Assembly: GCA_964036045.1 (NCBI GenBank)
Contig: OZ038379.1
Span: 17,174,001 to 17,238,000 of the forward strand
From: Eutreptiella sp. 'Long Island Sound 2002'
Lineage: Eukaryota > Protista > Euglenida
Length of the DNA stretch: 64,000 bases
Direction: 5' to 3'
Shown: one piece after another, positions 47,127 through 60,313 of the stretch
Position numbering within the stretch: position 1 is the stretch's first letter
Layout: each line of letters begins with the position of its first letter
The notes under the pieces: generated by a model
Told to the model about the DNA's origin: nothing
Seen by the model: the letters and a program-made list of their open reading frames with translations, nothing else
The model's database searches: none
Program-made: the position numbers and the translations under genes

Positions 47127-50100
47127 TGGGGGGGGGGGGGGTTCCGTGACCAACAATGTCGCTATACTATTTCTAGGCAAACTTGGAATTTTACAGGGGA
47201 CTTCCGAGGCATGCCCAATCTCAAGAGGGGCATACGGTGGTGAGGCAAAAACAATGGGCCCATGATTTGCAAAGGTATTTGTCAAGCAAGCAGAGGCATC
47301 TAGCTTGTAGTGGTATGAGACCAAGGGCACTACCTACATCTGTAGTGTGGAAGAGCGTGATGAGCTTTTTTCGCAGGGGGTTTGCACCCAAACTCAAAAA
47401 TTGCCCAAGGGGCCGTGGTGCCCAAAAGGAGGCATAAGCACAATGAGCACTGCCTAGGAACATTTTTAGGAGGGATGCGGTGCAGAGCTTTTGCATATTT
47501 GGAGGAACTAGTGTGTGTTTATATCTAAGTTGAGTTTGACATACCTGAAATCTTGTTTTCTCTTTCCAGCGATGAGCATGGCTTCAGCGCCTACAACTGT
47601 AATATATGCTGTTGTTCCCTCCGACAAGCCATAGAATGGTCTGAGTTGCACGATGCAAACCTGTGCGCTCGTCCTCCATGAAGGGCTCCAACCCAACAAC
47701 ACAAACCCGCCCCCCATTGGATTTGTGTGACACCTGTCGCCTGCAGTGCCACATCTGCAGTCCTTACTGAGACGCTGCTGTACAAATCTTGACACACCCT
47801 CCTTCTGCAGTTGTCCCGACATGCCCAATTCTAGTGGTGCCTTCAGGCCCATGCTATCCTGCCTACCGCCCCCCGCCCTCGTGTAGCTCAGGAAGGATCA
47901 TCATCCCCCCCACAACCCCACCTTATGCCCCTCAGCTTCCGCAAACACGGCCAAAGCCAGGAGAATGCAAGCTGACACAAGGCCATGTGAATGTGCGAGC
48001 CCCGCAACCCCGTTTGAATACAAACACCCAACCATGTAAGAGAACTTTGGGGAGTCCTGAGGGCTTGGGGGAGGGGGGGCTTGGAGGGTGTCCCAGCCTG
48101 GGAGCCGGCCGCGGCAAAAAAATTTTCCAGCATACATACCTCAAAATTATCAGCGCCACGCTTTTACGCATTGCGCTGGTAATTTTGAGGCATGTAGATT
48201 GGGGCAAAAACAAATTCAGGGGAAAAAATTGCCCGTCTGGAGCGGAGCAGCCAAGCAGCCAAAGCAGGTTGGGGTTGGGTGAGGTTGGGGGTTACAAAGT
48301 TTTTTTTTTCATATTTTTCTTGCACATCTAAATTTTCCTACAGTTCTGCATTTTGAGTATCCACACATCAGGTGAAAAAATTTTACCCACTGCCACACAC
48401 CCCCAAACGGGGCCTTCGGTGCCCAGATTCCCAGCCAAAATGTGAAATTGGCGAAAGTCAGGTCAGAGAACTGTGGGGGGTCCAGGAGGGGGGGAGGGGG
48501 GGGCTTGCGGGGTTCTGAGCCATGCCCCCCCCCCCCTTGCTTCGGTGCAACCCACAGGCAAGCGGTTCCACAGAGGCCCCATAGCAGCAACAATCGCTCA
48601 AAATCACATGCAAACAAATGGAAAACAGTTGCAGTCTCAAGCAGAGTGTTGTTGTGAGCATAGCTGACTCTTCACAGGCATGACCCAGCCGCCCCTCCCA
48701 ATACACACTGAACAACAGGGCATTGCACATGTTTGGCCATTGCGGTTAAACGGGAGACCGTCGCACAGGGAAGGCGGCGTGTGTGTGCCATATATTTCAC
48801 CGTGCACCACCTGACGTCTGGGAGTGGCCCCTGCCCACAGGAATGAGACACTGGCGCCTGGGGGGGGGGGGGGTTGTGCACAGCGCACACAGGGCAAAAT
48901 AGAGGGTGCCTCAGCGCACCGCGCACTGAGGTAGCCATGTCACTCCCCAGTGTACTGCACAACCTTTTCAGGCAGGGACACCGTGGCCTAAGTGGTTAGC
49001 ATGCATCAACAGCCCACTGCACTCCAAGGATCTCATCCCTAGAAGTTCGATGGTTGCAGCTGCCCACACCCCCTGGCAGGGAGGCCGTTCTGTGGCCAAG
49101 GGGGGCAGACAGGGGGCGGCAGGAGGTGGGGACGCACAGCGTTCGGAGGCGGGAGACTCCTTGCGGACAATGGGGAAGGCGGGACGCTTCACAGGGCAAT
49201 CATGGTAAAGCTGTGTATGGCCTGAGCGTTCATAGCTGATGGCGACACCCTCTGGGAAGGATGAGAGGCCCACATCAGTGGCAGGCACACGCTAGGGCCT
49301 AGTTGGTACTGCAAGGCTCCCCGTGGCTTTAAACGGACTCCCATTGTCACCAAATGACTAGCCAACAACGGCCCAAGTGTCCCTGAGGACCGTCAAGGGT
49401 CGCCAGAAAGAGTGCATTTTTTCAGCCAACACGTGCAGGCCATTTTTAGTGGAAAGGGTCATTTCACGTCTTTCACACGGCCGAATCAGCTCCTACCTCC
49501 TGGATGCCCTCCTCCTCCGTATTGCTTGACAGGGCCCCATCCCCCTGTACCTGCCTGTGCCAAAACAGCCCAGACTCTCTGAGTGTAGATGTGCCGCACA
49601 AATGCAATCCCTCCAACTTCCGTCGACCGTAACCGTCACGGCAAAAGGGTTAGAGCCATCCTCAACAAAGTCAAAGGATGACCGCGGTGGAGGTTAGGGG
49701 GGGTGATGGCACCAAAAGTGGGTCTGCAAACACGCTGTGGCTGGATACCGTGTGCATTGCCTCGTTCACCTCGTGCATGTGCCCCATATGTAGGAGGTGG
49801 ATAAGCGTCGTCCCGGATTCTCAACACGACGTTTGGTGCCCACGGTGATGCCCCCTGGAACCAGGCTTCCCGCGACACTGGGACACTCCCACAAGCACGA
49901 TCGTCCACCAAACTAACAGGCCACTGGGTCCGCTACAAGTGCTAGAGGGTGTGAGTACAGGATGAGTCCATCTAGCACAAATACAATGGTGCAGCCTCTG
50001 GTCGAATCGACCGAGGGCTCGCGTGACACCCGAATAAGAGGGTTATGCGCATTAATTCGGTGTTTGACTGGACATGTCGGCCACTGGCGGTGCGAAACCT

Positions 50101-51920
50101 TATTGCCCACCAGAGCACAGAGGGGACGTCCGCCACTTCTACATCGGAGGACGAGCCGGCGACGCCGTCTCCCCTTAACTTTTTGTGGCGGGGGGACTGG
50201 TGCCTTTGGGCAGTGATGCATCGGCCTCGGGAGTTCTTCTGCAAACAGGGTTGGTCATTGGCTCAGCAAGTGTGCCGGTGCGTACTTCCAGGCGCCCGCA
50301 AGGTTTTCAGGAGGAATTGGTCCACACAGACGGTGAGGAAACGTAGATGACAGTGGGACAGTTGTCCCGCTACTCACAGGTCCTGCTTCTGCCCCTCGGC
50401 GTCACTCCCACGCCGGTGCCGGCAATGCTTCACACGAAATCTTTCCCAAGGCAGTGAAATTTGGAAGGTACTGACCACAATTGATGATGGAACCGTAACT
50501 CAGGAACACAAAGGGGGTGGGGGGCGTTCGAGCCCACCTATCAACCGCCCTCAAAAAGGGCTCCCGCTGTCGAGGCCATCCCCGCACTCTCCAAGGCCAA
50601 ACGAAACGCAAACCGACCGCAAGAACCATCAGGACTCCACCTGAGTCTGCTTCGGACTCCTCTTTTCACTGCGCAGACGCCGGCTACTGGGGGCTCAATG
50701 GAATGTAGCTTGTGTGCCCTGCGACAGAAAAACTACCATTTTGCGCCATAATGTCTCACTTTGTGGGGCGCCAAGAGGATTAGAAGTAGAAGGGAAGGGT
50801 ATAGAAGGACGAGAGATAGATGAGAGCGTGTGGGTTGCGGCTACGTATCCCCTGTATCCCCTGCCTGGCCACGGACCCAAATTGACACAAGAGCCGCCAC
50901 CTGCCGGTTGCAGTAAAGCACCACTGGAAAATCGGGGTTCTGGGTCAAACATGTCTTCAGTCACGTTTCAATACATCTCCTTAGCCCCATTTATCGGAGC
51001 TCCAACCCCCTGTGTGACATTCCGTCGGGTTGTTGCTCCTTTACGGGGCCCTGGACGGTCACCCGTTCTTCCCTTCATATGTTGCGTCAGGTCGCTGCTT
51101 TCTGTGGGCCGCTGCGGCCGGTGCTCTTGCTGGTGTCGTTTCCGCGTTCGCGGAGCCCAGTAGTTGGTGTGTTGGGGCTGTGCTGAATGTGGCATGGTGT
51201 GCCGTTTGCGTGTCAGCGGCACCCAATAATTGGCGTATTGAGGATGTGCTGGTTGTTGCCGAGGTCATTTGACTGTTTTTGCTGTCCACGCGCCTCTGTC
51301 CACAGGCCGTCCATAGCATAGCCTGCCTCGCTGTGTTTCTGTGCGGCCCAGGTGCCCTGTTCCTCCACGCGCTGTCCCGACCGTCCACCATATGTCCTTT
51401 TCCCCCTCACGGCTGGTCTGCCCCTGATGGGCTCCCGCTCCAACCCCCCCCCCCCTTCGTCCCCTTCGCAAATGTATTTCCACACGCCATGGCGCCTCAC
51501 ACCACTGCACGCACTCCACGGAGTGCTGCGCTCAACAGGCTGTTGGTAACGGTGCGAGTCACCCAAAGATGTGCACTTGGGTGGTCATGGGCACGGCATG
51601 TGCCCTGTTACAAGTCCTGGCACTTGGACCTGCCTCTACTGGCTGCACCTCCCCTCGTGATACGAGCCGGCCCATGCCCCGCAGAAGCCGCTCATGCCGT
51701 CGGCTTCATGCTGTCCCTGTCCCGGACCAGGTGAACAAGAAAAGCACAGCCCCGCCGAGACCCCACGCCTGCTTGTGCACACAAGCGGCCACGAACCATA
51801 CCGAAAGAGCCATAGCATCCCACACTACACCACACCACACCTTTGCAAGGGCTGTGGGTTCACAACTGCGCTTCCATATATAACATGCATCACACAGACA
51901 GACATGTGCGTGCAAATTGC

Positions 51921-51921
<1 letters not shown>

Positions 51922-51972
<51 letters not shown>
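51922..51972. repeat. (GT)n microsatellite
   Basis: Read directly, about 25 units. Confidence 0.95.
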
Positions 51973-51974
<2 letters not shown>

Positions 51975-52015
51975 GGGGGGGAGGGAAGGAGTGACAGGCT
52001 TCTTCGGCTCCGCTG

Positions 52016-52357
52016 TCAGTCATTCTCGGCACCCATGCCTCCCTGGCCCTGGACGTCGGAGACTGCCTCCTGGTGCCACGGTTTCCAACTTTCCGCAAAC
52101 CCCGCAACGGCCATTGCCAGCTCCTCTGCACTGAACGTGGCGGCCATGCCATCCTGCACCACACGTGACGCGAGGGAGTCCATCAGCTGCGGGTACTTGA
52201 TCCCCAGGTTGGCATAGGCCCAAGACGTCATGGCAATGTCCTGCGCCTTCATCGTTGCCAAGAATCCGGGCTGCATCATCCGGTTCGCAATCTGCGACAT
52301 GAGCTCCGGGTTGTTGACGTTGAGAGCCGCAAAGGCCCAGGCCACCAGCGTGATGCC
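52016..52357 (-). CDS. 39-aa helical-repeat protein, exon 3 (apparent last)
   Basis: Acceptor CCGCAG|GGC. Encodes GITLVAWAFAALNVNNPELM, AQDIAMTSWAYANLG. Stop at 52016; joined CDS about 970 aa. Confidence 0.8.
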   Translation of the reverse strand, partial: GITLVAWAFAALNVNNPELMSQIANRMMQPGFLATMKAQDIAMTSWAYANLGIKYPQLMDSLASRVVQDGMAATFSAEELAMAVAGFAESWKPWHQEAVSDVQGQGGMGAEND

Positions 52358-53645
52358 CTGCGGATGCACGCAGCGACGGGGGTGTGGCAGCATCATTGTA
52401 CTGCCGGGTACACCATGCGGGATCAGAATTCCTAAGCCCCTGTTTCATATGGGTGTCACCAAGCCGATTCCACCCAGCACGCCTACATATGCTGCCATGG
52501 GCCCATGGCCTCTGGCTCAAAGCCGCGCCTGCGTGCAATGGCTGCCACAACTACGACGTCTGCAACTCTGGCACTCATTGCACAGACTCATGCACATTGC
52601 CCCCCACACCCTGGCGGATCTGCTTATCGCCCGCGTGCCCGTGTCCAATGGTTGAAGGTATTATGGGCCCGCAAAGAGCTCGGTGGCGACAGGCGCGCGT
52701 ACAGCCTGCAGATGTGTACACGCTGTCCTCCCTGCCGAACGGCATGGCACCGGGATGCAATGCCGCGCCTGCCTGTGAGATAACTCCCAGACTGGCGGGC
52801 TACGCGGGCTGAGCTGTTCTCCAGGAGCCTGGGCCCACGACAAGGAGCAGCTGCAGGTGTATTGTCGCCACCCACGTCATCTTGAAGTACGAGGGCGGAA
52901 CATACGTTGGGCTGCCCACGGCACGTCTCCATCGGTGGCTCATCGAAAGACGGGGCAGGTACAGGCAGGGGCAGGGGCGGGCGCAGAAGTAGATCAGGGA
53001 TGTGCTTGAGGGGGAGGGTGCTCAAGGCGCTTTCAGAGGTGGCTGGCGGTGGGAGACGCGGTTGGTCGCGATTTCCAGCGCGTTCAAACTGGTTGAAGGG
53101 CCGTTGGGGGCGGAGAGAAGCGGTTGACAAGGCTGACTGTCACCCCCTTGGCCTTTCCCTCCATAGGCCGTGGTGTCCATCGGCCTCTCACCACTCCTTT
53201 CCTTTCCTTTCCCTTGGTCAGTTGTGCCAACAGAGCCCCTGGACTTGCCCTGTTTCACTTCTCTGTGTCGAGTCCACACAAAGGAAGGCAACTGCCTTTG
53301 CCGTTGGCCAGGTGCGTCCAAGCGGCCATCCCAAGCCGGCGGTGAGGTACCTCTCGCCAACGGTGGCTGGTGGGCCCTGGGATGGCCACTTGCGGGGTCT
53401 TTTCCCCGACGGGGGCACATAACAACCTCCTGCCTCCAAATTCCCGTGCTCAGTCCTCCCTTTGGCGAGCGCATCATGTCCCCCCTACCCTCTCCTTTAT
53501 GCCCTTGCTGTGCGTGTTGCGTCCCCTTTCCCACACGTGGCGCACACGGGTATGGGTTGTGGGTTGTTGCCAGAGGGGGGGGGGTCCAGGGGGGGGGGGC
53601 ACAGGCAGAGGCACAGGCGGGTCCGGGGAGGGGGGCGGATGACAC

Positions 53646-54194
53646 CTGCGCGTTGAATCCCAGGAGGAAATCCCCGTCCAGCATGCGGTCTGCCGCGGCG
53701 TCCATGAAGCCCGGGCTGTAGAAGTGACACCGCCCCAAGGCCCACACAGTGATCGCCAGCTCCTGCGGCGTGAACCGGTAGAGGAGGTCACCCTGCAGGG
53801 CCCTCTCCACGATGGCCTCCAGGGCCTGGTCGAACCACACCCCCACCTTCGCGAAGGCCCACACGACCATCGCCACGTCCTCCGCCTTCCACGTCGCGAG
53901 GAACTTGGGCCGGAGGGCCTGCTCGGCGATGTACTGCATGAGCGCCTCGTGGCGGATGCCGCTGATCGCGTAGGCCTCGGCCACCAACGCCAGGCCCTGC
54001 GCCGTGAAGGCCTCAGGGGGGCCCTCCTGCAGGATCACGTCTGCGATGGCGTGCATCAGGGGCAGGTCGGCGGGCTCGCGCCGGGCGAAGACCATTGCGG
54101 TGTTGGCGAGGGCCTGGGGGCTGAAGGTACGGAGCAGGCGCTCGTCAGTCTTCAACCGGGCGGCAATTCGCGCCATTAGCTCCGGATTCCCCAC
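53646..54194 (-). CDS. 39-aa helical-repeat protein, exon 2
   Basis: Acceptor CAAAG|GTG, donor GCAG|GTGTCA. Repeats FSPQALANTAMVFA, FTAQGLALVAEAYA, FTPQELAITVWALG. Confidence 0.85.
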
Positions 54195-55949
54195 CTTTGG
54201 ACACGAGGCAGAACAGGACTTGGGGGCGCCAGGGCGGTCTAAAAAAACCCTTCAGCAGACATTACACTGAGCCTGCGGTTATAAAGTAACCGACGGCAGC
54301 TGGAGGATAGCCGACGGCAGTTAGAAGGGCGTAGAGCGGTCTGTAAGGGGGCGCAAAGTACAGAAAAAGGAAGAAAGAAACTGGGTACTTAAAGACCGCC
54401 CTTGGGGCGTGCGTGGAAATACAGTGCAAGAGGGACGGGGTGCCCTGGCGTATGTAAGCTGTCCTGCGGGGTGTAGGGTGTGTGACGTGGGATGTGGGAC
54501 GTGGGGGAGGCAGGCTTCAGAGCCGCACCCAAGGTTGTGGATCATCATTGCCCTCCAACCAGTGTGTCCAGGGGTGCTTTGTGCACCCCCCCTCGGAGAA
54601 CAACCCCCTGGGGCGGTTCAGGCGTTGGTGCCACTGACGAGGGGCAAGCCACCTGACATACGAGCCGTAAGCCCGTATGCATCTCCGCAGGCATTTCGCT
54701 TGAAACGGAGGAGGTGGACCCCCGCCCCCCGCACGACATTGCGTGTCTGCTTCACACTATCACGTCACAGTGCCATACAGCATCCCGTCTGACTAGATGA
54801 GCCGCACGCTACCCCCCCCCCCCTCCCCCTGGGCCTTCCGCCCTGTGCCCCCACATTCTCCCCTTTGTGCAGGGTGGCAGGTGTGTGGGCGAAGGCAAAA
54901 GCGTTCATCCTCCCCAGGGCTTCTCTTTCAGAGCTGGTTTGATCACACTGGCATGACTGACAAGGAGCTTGTACATCAGGCTCTTTAGGTGCTGACCGGA
55001 TTCACGAGCGCACATGTCCGTGTGCCGCTGTGGTATGTGTCAGCTCGTGCGCCCCGGGGCCCGTGGAAAGGGGCTCCGCAGAGGCTATGCAAGCGGTTGC
55101 TGCTCAGCAATGAAGCGGGTGGAGGAGGTTTTGGCGGTATCTCCTCGTGTTTTTTGCTGCATGGCCACTGCGTCGCAACTGTAGTTCTCCTCCTCCAACA
55201 CCAATTCGACTTCGTCTTGCCAACCGTCATGGGCCTTTGGACTTGGCCTTGCTTCGGGCAGTTGCGGACAGGGGATGGCTGTCCTCGTCAGACTCCCTCT
55301 GCGTGCTCGGTCATGAAGATACGCCCCATGCTGTCCCCCTGGCGTTGCCCCTGTGACTGAACAGGAACAGGTGCCGCGCGTGAAGAGGGGAGGCGGCTTA
55401 GATCCAACTAGACCCGACTGCTGGCCCCCCATTACCGTCAGTCTTTGGACCCTGTGGAGGACTGCCGAAGGAAACAAGCGTCTTGAAGCTTTTGAGGGAC
55501 GGGGTTTTTTCACAAAGGGGCAATCCTCCGAAGATTCCGCCCTGTTTGTCCGTCGAATAGAAGTTTCTACCAAACGGTCCCCAATCAGCTTTCATGGGAC
55601 CTCCGCCCCCCTCGCGGCGTGCCTACCGCTTCTTGTTGCAGCTTCGTGTTGCAGCATGTCTGGCCCCCGGCGCCTACTCCCCTGCGGGCGCTTGCAGACC
55701 TCATAGTCATCCCCATCCAGGCCCCCTCCATATCCATAACCATGGCTCTATCCCTGCAACCCTTCCTTGACCTCCTGCATGAATTGCTGAAACGTTCATA
55801 TCCCGTGCCCCGCCTAGCCTGCTTCTGAACACTTGGAAGCCCTTCGCCGCGTGGCACGCCACGCATCGCCACATGTGGGCCCATCACCACAAAGCTCCGA
55901 CAACAACTGCTCCCTTGATTGGGTGCCGTGGCCCTGCATGCAAGAATAC

Positions 55950-57971
55950 CTCAAAATTCGCGAAAGCCCACGCGGTGTTAGAGATGTCCTGAGCGTTAAA
56001 GGTCTCCAAGAATCCGTGTTCTAGGATACGCTTCGCCATGCTGTTGACCACTGCCTCGTCGTGGACCCCCAGATGCGCAAAGGACCACGCCACCATGGCC
56101 ATCTCTTGCGCGTTGAACGCGCCTAGCGCGTCCTTTTGCACGACGCGACCCGCGACGGCCCTCAGCAGCGGCTGATTCGGAATGCCTTGCGTGGCCACCG
56201 CCCACACCACGTTGGCAATGGCTTGCGACGTGGCGGCGTCCAACACCTTAGGCCGCATGAACAGCTCCGCGATGCCCTCCATGAGGGCTCTATTGGGGAC
56301 TTGCAGCTTGGCAAACGCCCACGCGGTCATGCCGAGCTCTTGGGGGCCGAACGTGGAGAGGAAGCCGGGTCGCATGGTCCGATCGGCGATGGCAGCCATG
56401 AGCTGCTCATGGCGCAACCCCAAGGCGGCATAGGCCCACGCGGTCATAGCGATGTCGAGGGCGTTGAACCTTCCTATGAACCTAGGCCGCAGTACCGCGT
56501 CCGCGACGCCGACCATGAGCGTCTGATTGCTAACGCCTAGAGTGGCAAAAGACCACACCGTGATGGCAAGCTCCTTTGGTTTGAACATACGGAGAAACTC
56601 CTCCTCGGAGAGCATGAGCGCCATCTGCTGCATGAGGCGGTCGTGCTTGTAATCCAGAGTGGCGTACGCCCATGCGACGTTGGCAACGGCTTGCGGCGAG
56701 GTCGAATCCAACCAAATCACCAACTCCGCAAGCAATTGCAATAAATCTGTGAAGCGAAGGTCTTGCATGGCAAAGCCCCACACCGTGTTGGCGACGTCTT
56801 GCGCATTGAACGTCGCTACGAGAGTATCCGCGGTGATGATATGCATTCCCAGGACGAAGAATAGATCCTTTGACTCCACACGCAACGTTGCCAGCCCCCA
56901 AACAGCCAACGAAATATCGCAAGCCGTTAGGTTTGCTTGGAGGTCTCGTCTCTTAAGCCGGTTGGCCACGCGAGTGATCGTTTCCTCATGGCGGACCCCC
57001 ATCTTCGCGTAGGCCCAAATCAACTTTGCATGCTGTTGCACGGTCATTGCCAACATGACCTCGGGGTCCAACACGCGTGCGCTGAGGGCACGCATCATGG
57101 TATTGTTGTTTGCGGACACCAACTTCCGGAATACCGCATCTTGCCCGCTCCAGTACGCAAGCGAATTGATGACCGCAATTACTTCCTTGGGTTCGAGATC
57201 CGGCACACACGACTCTATCACTTGGAATAGTTGCCCAACTTGGCGTGTGAGCTGGGGGCTCTCCCGCGGCCTCCGTGACCACATGTCGGCTCCCGAGGCA
57301 ACTCGCAATTGCGTGGCGATAGCTTGCCCGTCCATTATACCTTTGATGGCATTCCAAACCAACCACGATTGCTGCTTATCCATTTCTTGTGGGTTAGTCC
57401 GGGGTCCGTTGCGTTGAGAACGCTGAGTATTGCCTTTATTGCGGCCAACTTTGGCACGGGGCCCAGACCTTCTTGGAAAACCCGATTTCGGAGCCTCGCT
57501 TTCGGGCTCACGGAGGTTGGTTGCTTTACGAACCACTCTACTCCCGCGAAACGTAATCGAAGGGTATGTCGGGTAACCGATTGTCCGCAAATCGCGTGTT
57601 GCGCTTGCGCTCATGAGGTGCGCATTTGCAATGTGGGCGTTCGAAGTGAATGGCGTCACGCTTCTTGAAAAAGTAGGATTTTGGCTCCCTTTGAAGCGCA
57701 AGATATACGTTGGGCTAGGTTTCAACAACATTACGGTCCCGCCACAAATGGCCAACAACACCATACAAAGAAATGGGCGGGACCTCGACCCACTTTGTCG
57801 ACCATGGCATCGCGCATGGGAAACGTGTGGAATGTCCTTGACGGCTGCGGTGCCCCGCGCCATTTTTAGAAAAAAGGCATGTTCCACTGCTAAGATGGGT
57901 GTACAAATGAATGCATGCGAGTCGGTGAACCGAGGGCCACTCGCCAGCCAATGCGGGATCGGGCACGTCAA
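55950..57971 (-). CDS. Helical-repeat (39-aa OPR/FAST-like) putative organellar RNA-binding protein, exon 1
   Basis: Tandem repeats such as FKPKELAITVWSFATLGVSNQTLMVGVADAVLRPRFIGR (39 aa). N-terminal hydrophobic stretch followed by an S/T-rich region. Phase-0 donor GAG|GTATTC. The true start may be a later Met. Confidence 0.85.
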
Positions 57972-59713
57972 ACGCCGTCGACAACCCGCGACTATTAAGA
58001 CGATTTGTGCACGCGTTCTCCAACACTACCACGTCCCAACACGCGCTCCCTCCCTCCTTCCCTACCTTGCAGAAAAAGTGACATGAACGTCGACATTCAT
58101 TCATTTATTGTCTGGCGGCTTAACCCCTGCTTGGAATATGATACCCCAAAGCAATTCAACCAAAACAACGGCAGGAAATCATTTTGCATACGATATTCAT
58201 CATGCGTACACATGGCAAAGCAAAACGAGCAAGAGCCTAGCAATGTCAGTAAAGCATAACTTGAACAACAGTGACAAAGGAAGATGTAAAAAAAGGTTTC
58301 GACATGTCCACCGTGCGCAACCACCCGTCTCACGGCGTCCTCCCATCTCCTCGGTTAAGCTAACCACAACCTCTAGTTGGCGACGCACCGGCGTATCATG
58401 CCGTGATCGTTGCCGCGAAATCCGAGTCCTTAACCACACAAGTGTTCAAATGGTCTGGAGCGCCATTGAGATTAGCCTCGCTCGAGGTGCGCATCGGAGA
58501 TGAATTGTGTGTTACCCAAATTTGAGTTTCTTCTTGCCGAAAGCGAACTAGAAATGGTGCAAATGTTATGGCGCATGAGCAATTCTACTCTTTGAAGCAC
58601 GGCTTGCGGGCCGCTCAAAAGTCGCACTGATAGCCCTAGCACGCAAGAAACTTCTCCGGGGATTGCACAAGGGGTTCCATTCGCCTGGCGTTTGCTTTTC
58701 CGAGGAGTTGGGATGAACCGGAAAAGGTCGTCTTCTCAAAGATTTTTGGAGTAAACGCCCACCTTCAAATGGGAACGCCATGTTGTGTAACCTTGAAAGC
58801 ATCCCACTTCGCACATGCAAGATCTCCGTAATAGCGATACAAGAGAAAGAAGTGGACATGACCCTGTTGGTTGATGGACTCAATGGTGTTGTTTCCACAA
58901 CCGAAGTGGACGAGTGTTTAGGGTCCTGTATCCAAGCGAGGAATGGACCCTGCCGCCCATATACCCATAGGGTTCGGCAAATTGCATCTTTGAATGCACT
59001 TGGACTAGGCAGTAGTCAAGTTACTCGCAAGTTTAGCGGTAGTACACTACAGTACATGCATGGTCTCCTCATCGCCCCATTTGTTTGTGTGCAAGAGGGC
59101 ACATGATTAGGGCCTTTTTTCATAATACCTGTGGGCATCAAAATTCAGTAAAAAAAATTAGTAAGGGTGCCATAGATCTACAGTGGTTATCAGCTTGTCC
59201 AAAGTAGGGGGAGGCAAGGGCTATGCGGCGCCTGGAACTGCGGCTTCGACAGCGCTTGCCGGGCACAGCCCCCCCCCGAGATTCGCGGAAAGCCGAAACT
59301 CTCTGAAAGCAGTGGCCTTTCAGGATCCATAAATGTCGAATTACTGGTTTTAAATGTCGACCTTTCTATCTATCCCATTACTTACCATTGGTTCCCATTG
59401 AATACGTAATTTCGACATTGAAAATGGTACTGTGGTTACAAAGTGATTTACAGTATAATAACGTCAACGAAAAACGAAAATGTAAAATGTAAATGTTAAA
59501 AAAGAATAATGTGGCCAAAAAATGGATAATGTAAAATGTTATTTTTTAATGGACGGGGGTCTCGGATAATGTAATTGAATGTTTTTCTCAATTTTTGCTT
59601 CGGCGCCTTCGGCGCCCCATGTGGACTCCCTCTCACCCTCTGGAAGGCACATAAGACAAGCAGTACACCAAAGCAACACTGATCTGAAGTATGACTAAAG
59701 CATTGTCACCGTG

Positions 59714-60031
59714 CTAGTCCCTCTTGGGTCGCTTGACGCGCCTCCCTGACCGAGTGAAGCACTCGACCAGAGGATCCGGCAAAACAGTGTCCCTTTCATC
59801 ATCCGTTACCTCTACCCCGTCACCCTCCCCATCTCCCATGGTAGCCAAAATGTCTTCCCACTCCGCCTCATCCGCCTCCGTATCTTCGGAGTCGGAGCCC
59901 GAGTCTTCAAACGCACCATGGCGACGGGACCGTTGTCGCGGTGCATTCTCGATAATCTGATTCATGCCGCCGCCTGAAACGGCAAAATCCTTCGACCGAC
60001 CACCAGCCACTCGGAATAGTGTTCCCGCGGC
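59714..60031 (-). CDS. pogo-like transposase, last exon (acidic tail plus basic NLS-like end)
   Basis: Acceptor CTCTTTTAG|GCC, in frame with track ORF 59714..60010, ending RSGRRVKRPKRD*. Total CDS 3+1794+120+318=2235 nt = 744 aa. Confidence 0.75.
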   Translation of the reverse strand, partial: AAGTLFRVAGGRSKDFAVSGGGMNQIIENAPRQRSRRHGAFEDSGSDSEDTEADEAEWEDILATMGDGEGDGVEVTDDERDTVLPDPLVECFTRSGRRVKRPKRD

Positions 60032-60117
60032 CTAAAAGAGCAGTCACACCATCAAAAAATGTTCCACGAAGTGCAACGTAACGTAACGTAAGACCATTGA
60101 TGATGTGGCAACCATAC

Positions 60118-60237
60118 CTCACGGTCTGAAGCTTCATTGAACAGGGTAGGCCGCTGCACAACATCCCAAATGGCCATCAACCCGGCCTTGTCCCATCCGT
60201 CTTTCAGAATCTTCGGTTTGACTTGTTCAATTCTTTT
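60118..60237 (-). CDS. pogo-like transposase, internal exon
   Basis: Acceptor TTTTTGTAG|AAA, donor GAG|GTATGG. 40 codons, KRIEQVKPKILKDGWDKAGL, matching the usual post-catalytic GWxKAGL helix. Confidence 0.8.
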
Positions 60238-60313
60238 CTACAAAAAGTGAGCGTTGAAGTAATGAGTATTTGACATTTCGCTTTTGTGTCTAATAGATGT
60301 GGATGAAACATAC

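Noticed and set aside
55619-55828. ParA-like peptide ALADLIVIPIQAP in OPR intron 1
   Set aside because: No Walker A upstream; the opposite strand looks more coding-like; probably chance.
6255-57971. Euglenid non-conventional introns
   Set aside because: All seven host introns are explained by in-frame GT-AG junctions.
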